33,535 nucleotides of DNA from Gemmatimonadota bacterium (lineage in GTDB: Bacteria; Gemmatimonadota; Gemmatimonadetes; Longimicrobiales; RSA9), in assembly GCA_040905425.1 (NCBI GenBank), contig JBBDRO010000055.1:1-33535 (forward strand), in the 5' to 3' direction. A program made the translations under genes and the position numbers. Each line of letters begins with the position of its first letter. Position 1 is the stretch's first letter. Under the pieces are notes generated by a model, which was not told where the DNA came from, made no database searches, and worked only from the letters and a program-made list of their open reading frames with translations. Shown in pieces: positions 27,275 to 33,535 of the stretch.

Positions 27275-28600
27275 TTATCCGGTTTCAGGTTGGGCGGCCG
27301 GCAGTTCCACCCAGTAGAGGGTACCGCCGGCCGGCACGGTTTCCACGCCCGTGGTGGCGCCGCTGGCCGCCGCCAGGCTGGCCGCGAAGGCAAGGCCCGC
27401 GCGCGCGCCGCCGCAGGCCGTGGCATCACGCAGCGGCTCCGCCTCCTCCCGCGCGGCCAGCGCACACGAATCGGCCACGCCCACGCGCACGCGGCCGCCC
27501 TGCGCCTGGCACCAGAGGCGGACCCGCCCCACGGGGGCGCTCCGCTCGACGGCGTGGCGCAGCAGGTTCACCACGATGCGGTCGAGCACACGGCGATCCG
27601 CGTGCACGGACGGGAGCTCATCGTCCGCCTGCCACTCGAGGCGCACGCCGTTCTCCAGGGCCACGGGCTCCACCGCGTCCACGGCGGCGGCGATCACGTC
27701 ACCGATGGGCAGCGGGGCGGGCACCGGCACGTGCAGGCCCACCTGGCACTCCGCCAGCTCGCCGATCTCAGCTACGAGCGCGCGGAGCGTGGCTGGTCCG
27801 GGCAGGCTGCCGGCGGAGGCGGACGTGGCGCGCACGAGTGCCTGGCTGACTTCCTCCAACGAAGCGGCGCGCGCGCGGTTCTCCCGCTCCGCCTTGTGCC
27901 GCGCCTTTTCGAGTTCGCGAGAGCGCACGCGCAGCTTGGCCACCACGTGGCGGCCCACCCGTAGCGCACTGGCGGAGCGCTCGCGCAGGCGGTCGGCCGC
28001 CCGGGCGGTCAGTACGGCGTAGACGGCCGTGGCGGCCAGCAGCGCGGCTTTCACCAACTCCGGGGCCCACGGCGTGTCGATCCCGGCACCAGCCAGCCGC
28101 GCGGCCACCAGCCACGTGGCCACCGCCAGCATGCCGAAGAGCGCCGTGCGGCGGGCGGACACCGCCGCCTGGTCCACCACGCGCACCAGCGGCAGCCAGA
28201 ACATCCAGCTGGCCGTGCCGCCGGTGACCAGGACGGCCATACCCAGGAAGACCATGTCCGTGGCCAGGAAGATCAGCGCCAGGTCGGGGAAGCGGCGCGG
28301 CCGGTAGAGCGCCGCGAGCAGCAGCCAGGAGAGCGCGCAGTAGGCGTTGACCGCCAGAAAGAAGGGTAGCCACGCGCCCGCCGGCGCGCCGTCCGGGAGC
28401 AGGAAGGCGTTGTGCAGCGGCACGCCGAGCAGCGCGATGAGATTCAGCCCGAGCAGGCGCAACAGCGGGACCACACGGGTCTGCAAGCGGCGCAACGCCC
28501 AGTCGTGCGCGCTGCGCGCCTCGTTCTCTTCCAGGAAGAGGCCGGAGCGCGGCGGCTCCGTCTCCGCCGCGATGGGATCGATCGATTCCGCCGTGATCAT
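27275..28600 (-). CDS. Multi-TM sensor histidine kinase-like protein with degenerate catalytic motifs (pseudokinase)
   Basis: About 5-6 TM segments, a coiled coil and a HATPase-like tail (ADRRVLDRIVVNLL..A; GLAFA..LA...G...VE....GT.YWVELP), but H-box SQAL, N-box NLLRHA and G1 DSCALA. Start set at ATG 28600. Confidence 0.75.
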   Translation of the reverse strand: MITAESIDPIAAETEPPRSGLFLEENEARSAHDWALRRLQTRVVPLLRLLGLNLIALLGVPLHNAFLLPDGAPAGAWLPFFLAVNAYCALSWLLLAALYRPRRFPDLALIFLATDMVFLGMAVLVTGGTASWMFWLPLVRVVDQAAVSARRTALFGMLAVATWLVAARLAGAGIDTPWAPELVKAALLAATAVYAVLTARAADRLRERSASALRVGRHVVAKLRVRSRELEKARHKAERENRARAASLEEVSQALVRATSASAGSLPGPATLRALVAEIGELAECQVGLHVPVPAPLPIGDVIAAAVDAVEPVALENGVRLEWQADDELPSVHADRRVLDRIVVNLLRHAVERSAPVGRVRLWCQAQGGRVRVGVADSCALAAREEAEPLRDATACGGARAGLAFAASLAAASGATTGVETVPAGGTLYWVELPAAQPETG

Positions 28601-28816
28601 GTTCGGGGTTGGAGCAGCGGACCGGGTGACCGGATCATGGCGCGGCCACCCTGTGGAGCTGGACAATGATGCGCGGGCGCGCCCCCGCCATGCAAGGGAG
28701 GGCGGCTCAGGCGCGGGGCGCTTGGGCGCGGCCAGAGTTTGCGCGCCGCCGCCCGTAGGAGTATGCATGCGCCTGAGGCGGGCGCCGCCCGCCGCGAACC
28801 CGAACCCCATTCCGCC

Positions 28817-29317
28817 ATGGCTCAGCAGAACTCCTTCGACGTGTCCACCGGCGCCGACCTCCAGGAGGTGGACAACGCCGTGAATCAAGCCGCCAAGGAG
28901 GTGGCTCAGCGCTACGATTTCAAGGGCACGCACGCCAGCATCACCTTCGACCGGGACACCGCCACGCTGCAGATGGAGGCGCCCGACGAGTACAAGCTGG
29001 ACGCCCTGCTGGACGTGCTCAAGACGCGCCTCATCCGCCGCGGCGTACCGGTCAAAAACCTCCACCCCGAGGGGCCGGAGCCGGCCTCCGGCGGGCGCAT
29101 GCGGCAGGCCATGAAGCTGCAGCAGGGCATCCCCGATGACGCCGCCAAGCGCATGGTCAAGGACATCAAGAAGGCCGGCTTCAAGAAGGTGCAGGCGGCC
29201 ATCCAGGGGGACGAGGTGCGCGTCTCCTCCCCCTCGCGTGACGAGCTGCAGGCGGTCATGGCGTTCCTGAAGGAGCAGGACTACGGCGTGGAACTGAACT
29301 TCGGCAACTATCGGTGA
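28817..29317 (+). CDS. yajQ: YajQ family nucleotide / c-di-GMP-binding protein
   Basis: SFDVS...DLQEVDNAVNQA.KE...RYDFKG, KVQAAIQGDEVRV..SRDELQ, FGNYR. Confidence 0.95.
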   Translation: MAQQNSFDVSTGADLQEVDNAVNQAAKEVAQRYDFKGTHASITFDRDTATLQMEAPDEYKLDALLDVLKTRLIRRGVPVKNLHPEGPEPASGGRMRQAMKLQQGIPDDAAKRMVKDIKKAGFKKVQAAIQGDEVRVSSPSRDELQAVMAFLKEQDYGVELNFGNYR

Positions 29318-29363
29318 GCTGTAAGCGACGTCCCCGCGCCCACCGCGCGGCGTACCGCTCCCC

Positions 29364-30413
29364 GTGACCGGCACCGGCGTGCGCCGGGCGGTCCTGAACT
29401 TCCGGGACGTCCGCCCCGTGTGGGCCATCCCGGAAGGCGCCGTGGCCGCCGTCCGCACCGCCTTCGGCACCGGCTGGGAGGTGGTGTGCGTGGACGCGCC
29501 GGCGGACGGCCGCGGCGACGGGGGCGCTGCCGCCCCCGAGGTGGTGGAGGCGGTGTGCGGCGCGGAGGTGTACCTGGGCTTCGGCCTGCCGCGGGAAGTT
29601 CTGCGCGCGGCGCTGTCGGGACCGGATGCGCGGCTCCGCTGGGCGCACACGGGCACCGCCGGCGTGGGCTCCCTGCTGCACCCCGAACTGGCCGAGCACG
29701 GCGTCACGCTCACCAACTCGGCCGGCACCATGGGGCCGCCCATGGCCGAGAGCGCCCTGGCCATGATGCTGCACTTCGCGCGCGGGCTGGACGTAGCCGT
29801 GCGGGCGCAAGCGGACGGCCGCTGGTCAGCCGATGCCTGGGCCGCCGGCGCGCCCGCCCGGGAGCTGAGCGGCGCCACGCTGGTGGTGGTGGCGCTGGGC
29901 GGTGTGGGCCGCGAGCTGGCGGTCCGGGCGCGCGCCCTGGGGATGCGGGTGCTGGCCGTGCGGCGGAGCGGCACCGACGGGCCTGAGGGGGTGGAGGTGC
30001 ACGCTGGCGAAGGCGCCCTCGGACAGGTGCTCCCGCACGCCGACTACCTGGCGCTGACGCTGCCCGGGACCGTGGAGACGCGCGGCCTCATCGGCGCCGC
30101 CGAGCTGGCCGCGCTGCCGGCGGGTGCCGTGGTGGTGAACGTGGGCCGCGGCGAGGTGCTGGACGAGGGCGCATTGGTGCAGGCGCTCCGCTCCGGCCGC
30201 CTGCGGGGGGCTGGCCTGGACGTCTTTGCCACCGAGCCGTTGCCGGCCAGTTCACCGCTCTGGGAGCTGCCGAACGTTCTCCTGACACCGCACGTGAGCG
30301 CCACCAGTCAGCGCTTCTGGGAGCGGGAGACGCGGCTCATCGTGGAGAACGTGGGGCGTTATCTGGGGGGGGAGGCGCTGGTGAACGAGGTGGAGCTGGC
30401 GCGGGGGTACTGA
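29364..30413 (+). CDS. D-isomer-specific 2-hydroxyacid dehydrogenase
   Basis: AGV...TNSAG, Rossmann 'VALGGVG', LPGTVETRGLI, VNVGRG, LDVFATEPL, TPHVS. Start is GTG 29364 or 29379. Confidence 0.9.
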   Translation: MTGTGVRRAVLNFRDVRPVWAIPEGAVAAVRTAFGTGWEVVCVDAPADGRGDGGAAAPEVVEAVCGAEVYLGFGLPREVLRAALSGPDARLRWAHTGTAGVGSLLHPELAEHGVTLTNSAGTMGPPMAESALAMMLHFARGLDVAVRAQADGRWSADAWAAGAPARELSGATLVVVALGGVGRELAVRARALGMRVLAVRRSGTDGPEGVEVHAGEGALGQVLPHADYLALTLPGTVETRGLIGAAELAALPAGAVVVNVGRGEVLDEGALVQALRSGRLRGAGLDVFATEPLPASSPLWELPNVLLTPHVSATSQRFWERETRLIVENVGRYLGGEALVNEVELARGY

Positions 30414-30429
30414 GGGCGGGGCTCCAACG

Positions 30430-30467
30430 AACGGCGGCGGCCCCACCCGGGACCGCCGCCGTTTTAT
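30430..30467 (+). terminator. Rho-independent terminator between convergent genes
   Basis: AACGGCGGCGG...CCGCCGCCGTT 11-bp stem running into a TTTTAT tract. Confidence 0.75.
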
Positions 30468-30488
30468 CTGGCTACGCGTGTCGGTGAC

Positions 30489-32069
30489 TCAGCCGCCCGA
30501 CGACTGCGCGCCCGGCCGGCAGGTGGGCCAGTTCACGCCCGCCGCCTGGTCGCGCGGCATGCGCTCCGCATCCTCGGAGGCCAGGTAGGCCAGCATGGCC
30601 GTGAGCGTGGCGTTGTTCATGAGATCATCCATGACGATCTTGTCGAACGAGTCCCGGTTGGTGTGCCAGGTGTGCGTGCCGTAGCTCCACGACAGGGAGC
30701 TGATGCTGAAGCCTGGCGCCCCGGCGCACACGAAGGACGCGTAGTCGCTGCCGCCGCCGCCCGGCGAGCCGGGGATGTTCAGGTCGATGTGCCGGCTGAT
30801 CTCCTGGGGCAGCGCCGCCATCCAGCGGGCCCAGTGCGCGCCGGCGCCCACCAGCCCCTGCATGGAGACGTTCACCACCCGCCCCGTACCGTTGTCCTGG
30901 TTGAAGAGGGCCTGCAGATTGTCCACGATGTCCGGGTGCATCTCCACGAAGCGCCGCGAACCGTTCAGCCCCTGCTCCTCACCGCCCCACAGCCCCATCA
31001 CGATGGTGCGCCGCGGGTTGGGGTAGGCCGCCCGCAGGATGCGCATGGCCTCCAGCATGGTGACGGAGCCGGTGGCGTTGTCCGTGGCGCCGGAGCCGCC
31101 GTCCCACGAGTCGTAGTGGGCCGAGAGCATGACGTACTCGTTCGGCAGTTCGGTGCCCGGGATCACGCCGATGGTGTTGTAGACCGGCTGCTCGCCCAGG
31201 AACTCGGCCTCGGCCTGGATGCGCACCACCGGGCCCTGGCCCTCCTCGGCCAGCCGGTAGACCAGGCCGTAGTCCTCGCAGCCCAGGTCGATGGTGGGGA
31301 CGCTCTCCGTGCTGGCGGAGAAGATCTTGTTCACGCCGATGTCATTGGACCAGTTGAACTGGAGGACGGCCGCGATGCCGGCCGCCTCGAGGCGCTCGAG
31401 CAGCTGACCTGCGCCGCCCCGCCCGGCGAAGCCGGCGCGCTCCAGGTTGGCGCTGTATGCCGCGCGCCGCTCCGCGCGCGCTGCCTGCAGTTTCTCGAAG
31501 GAGGAGGGCGTGGCGTTCGCGCCGCGGCCGAAGCCGGACATGCCGTACTCCTGCCAGTGGCTGGCGGGCCGGCAGGAGAGTTCGGAGGGCGCCAGCACCA
31601 CGGCCTTGCCGCGCACGGTGGGTAGCCAGGCGTTGAACGCCGCCGCATCGGCGAAGTGGGGCAGGTTCGTGACCGCGGCCTCCACGGGCTGGCCGTTCGG
31701 CGTGCCCGGGCTCCAGGCCAGCATGATGGCCTCCAGCGAGCGCACGCGCGGCTCGATGAGGTCCACGCGCGTGACGCCGCGCTGCCAGGACGTCCAGGTG
31801 CCGTATTGCTCGTTGCGCGCTTCGGCGCCCCAGCTCTCGAGCATGCGCACGGCCCATTCATTGGCCGCGCGGTGCTCGGGGCTGCCCGTCAGGCGCGGGC
31901 CGAGCGAATCGGTGAGCGTCTGCGCCAGATCGTAGGCCTGGGACTGTTCCATGCCCAGCGTCCACATGCGCTCCAGGACGGGATCCGGCTGGGCAAAGGT
32001 CTGGGCCGAAGCGGGCGCCGCCAGGGTGAGGGCCGCGCACGCCGTTACGGCGGTGGTGAGTCGCATCAT
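30489..32069 (-). CDS. Secreted M28-family metallopeptidase (carboxypeptidase Q-like)
   Basis: Signal peptide (ASA-Q), LGPRLTGS, SAHYDSW, GATDNATG, GEEQGL.GS, NQDNG, SDYASF, WHTNRD. ATG 32069 with GAGAG RBS. Confidence 0.9.
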   Translation of the reverse strand: MMRLTTAVTACAALTLAAPASAQTFAQPDPVLERMWTLGMEQSQAYDLAQTLTDSLGPRLTGSPEHRAANEWAVRMLESWGAEARNEQYGTWTSWQRGVTRVDLIEPRVRSLEAIMLAWSPGTPNGQPVEAAVTNLPHFADAAAFNAWLPTVRGKAVVLAPSELSCRPASHWQEYGMSGFGRGANATPSSFEKLQAARAERRAAYSANLERAGFAGRGGAGQLLERLEAAGIAAVLQFNWSNDIGVNKIFSASTESVPTIDLGCEDYGLVYRLAEEGQGPVVRIQAEAEFLGEQPVYNTIGVIPGTELPNEYVMLSAHYDSWDGGSGATDNATGSVTMLEAMRILRAAYPNPRRTIVMGLWGGEEQGLNGSRRFVEMHPDIVDNLQALFNQDNGTGRVVNVSMQGLVGAGAHWARWMAALPQEISRHIDLNIPGSPGGGGSDYASFVCAGAPGFSISSLSWSYGTHTWHTNRDSFDKIVMDDLMNNATLTAMLAYLASEDAERMPRDQAAGVNWPTCRPGAQSSGG

Positions 32070-32208
32070 CGCTCTCTCTCGCTGCTTACGGTGCATGGGT
32101 ACGGCCACGCGCGGGGGAGGGACGGGCCGCCTGCGTGAGGATCGGCCCTGCCTGCCTCCCACACAAGGGGACGACGCCCAGCGGGGAATCAGCGTTGGCC
32201 GGGCGGGA

Positions 32209-32240
32209 GCGGCCAGCGCCCCGGACGGGGCGCCGGCCGC
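32209..32240 (-). terminator. GC-rich hairpin just after the stop of the SOD/CHRD-like gene
   Basis: GCGGCC-a-GCGCCCC-ggac-GGGGCGC-c-GGCCGC gives a 14-bp stem with one G-U on the minus strand. There is no U-tract. Confidence 0.4.
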
Positions 32241-32247
32241 GCAGGCA

Positions 32248-32670
32248 TCAGCGCAGGTTCGCGCAGGCGATCACGTTGCCCAGGTTGCTGGCCGACTCGT
32301 GGATGTTGACGTGGTAGCTCTGCCCCGCCTGCAGGCCCACGTTGAGGCGGGCCTCGGCGTTGGCGCGCCCATTCGAGCCCACGTTGAGCGGCGGATAGGC
32401 AGCCGCGGCGCCCACGACACCGCCGCCCGACCCGCACGTGCCGGTGTGGATGTGCCACGGCCGGGCGGCCCCGTTCTGATCGCCGGCCAGGGCGATGGTG
32501 GCGGCGGTGGAGTTGCCCGTGGTGTTGACGGCCACGGCCGCGCGGCCGTCGTAGCTGCCCGTGCCGGTCATGGTGGCGGACAGGGAGCGGCCGGTGGTCT
32601 CGATCACCTGGCCGGTGCCAGCACAGCCGGCGGCCACCAGTGCCGCGGCGGCGATGATTGCCATGCGCAT
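32248..32670 (-). CDS. Small lipoprotein with Cu/Zn-SOD-like / CHRD-like His motifs (140 aa)
   Basis: GAGGA RBS, lipobox AAGC, motifs WHIHTGTC, YHVNIH and VIACANL. Confidence 0.7.
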   Translation of the reverse strand: MRMAIIAAAALVAAGCAGTGQVIETTGRSLSATMTGTGSYDGRAAVAVNTTGNSTAATIALAGDQNGAARPWHIHTGTCGSGGGVVGAAAAYPPLNVGSNGRANAEARLNVGLQAGQSYHVNIHESASNLGNVIACANLR

Positions 32671-32866
32671 GTTGATTCCTCGCGTTCGGGTTCGCGTGCA
32701 AGCGGCGGGCGCACTCCGGCCCGCGCCGCGGAACACCGTCCCGGTCTGCACAATCCGGACCGATGGGGGCGCACGATCGGTCCACCCTTGCCCGGGCGGC
32801 GCGCGCGCCCGAATGTTGCGGCGCCCGCTCCATCCTGCCCGCGTCCATGCACCCAGGAGCCGAGCC

Positions 32867-33535
32867 ATGCCGCGCCTGCTACCCGCCGCCCTGGCCGTCC
32901 TTACCACCGCCTGCGCCGCGCGCGCACCCGTCGCGGACGAGGCGCGGCCGCTGGAGGACTACCTGGCCGAGCGCACCGCCGCGCGGGTGCTGCCCTATCC
33001 GCTGGAGCTGCCGGCGGAGTTTCAGGCCGCCGTGGCCGCCAGCACCCGCACCCTGAGCGGCGCGCCGGGCGCGGCCTACTGGGTGAATCGCGCCTCCTAC
33101 GCCATCGATGCCCGCGTGCTGCCGGAGACGCCGCGCGTGGAGGGCGGCGTCCGCATTGCCTACACCAACCACTCCCCGGACGCGCTGGCGGAACTGCACG
33201 TTGACCTGACGCAGAACTTCCACGCGCCTGGCGTGGTGCGGCACGAGCCGGCGGAGGTCACGGGCGGCGTGGCGCTCTCCAACGTGGCGCTCGGCGGGCG
33301 CCAGGTCAGCGCCGGCGTGGGGCCCGGCACCTATGTGGTCAATGGCACCCGCATGGTGCTCACGCCCGCCGCTCCGGTGGCGCCGGGCGCCACGGTGGAG
33401 CTGGCCATGGACTTTGCCTACGACGTGCCCCAGGCGGGTGCGGGCGCCCGCATGGGCTACGACAAGGATGACCTCATCTTCCTGGCCTACTGGTACCCGC
33501 AGATGGCCGTCTACGATGACGTCGTCGGCTGGCAC
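32867..33535 (+). CDS. M1-family metallopeptidase N-terminal part, probable lipoprotein, truncated by the window end
   Basis: Absent from the ORF track (no stop in window). Manual translation gives MPRLLPAALAVLTTAC...GAPGAAYWVNRASYAIDA...YTNHSPDAL...QN...AYWYPQMAVYDDVVGWH. AGGAG RBS. HEXXH would lie beyond the window. Confidence 0.8.
   Translation, partial: MPRLLPAALAVLTTACAARAPVADEARPLEDYLAERTAARVLPYPLELPAEFQAAVAASTRTLSGAPGAAYWVNRASYAIDARVLPETPRVEGGVRIAYTNHSPDALAELHVDLTQNFHAPGVVRHEPAEVTGGVALSNVALGGRQVSAGVGPGTYVVNGTRMVLTPAAPVAPGATVELAMDFAYDVPQAGAGARMGYDKDDLIFLAYWYPQMAVYDDVVGWH

Noticed and set aside
28601..29974. N-terminal 458 aa of the 899-aa ORF, suggesting a giant kinase fusion
   Set aside because: It is antisense to yajQ and the dehydrogenase. 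Protein-like sequence begins near ATG 28600.

Overview
Very GC-rich bacterial chromosomal window with no integrase, transposase, phage gene, rRNA/tRNA or CRISPR array that I can support. Gene content suggests Gemmatimonadota (inference only). About 32 CDS. (i) An apparent 18-gene minus-strand superoperon at 86-19304: ruvB, hypothetical, queA, tgt, yajC, def, fmt, ThiE/TenI-like, thiS, thiG, rsmB, PASTA protein, TlpA, YbbR, tsaD, metallophosphoesterase, tamA-like, tamB. (ii) A four-gene envelope block at 19490-23402 (LpoB-like, tandem-domain protein, TPR lipoprotein, COG3014-like lipoprotein) separating ruvB from yebC-ruvC-ruvA; both plus-strand units follow the same GAACTT-N16-GTAC ECF-type motif. 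(iii) A 577-bp intergenic region (25267-25843) with a perfect 28-bp palindrome over a promoter-like sequence, a 24-bp tandem repeat and a candidate structured ncRNA. (iv) A serine hydrolase, a degenerate pseudo-histidine kinase, yajQ, a 2-hydroxyacid dehydrogenase, an M28 peptidase, a SOD/CHRD-like lipoprotein and a partial M1 peptidase. The window is mostly housekeeping. The best leads are the intergenic ncRNA/operator candidate, the pseudokinase, the ECF-motif lipoprotein block and the TenI-like protein. All family calls come from motif recognition by eye, not database searches.
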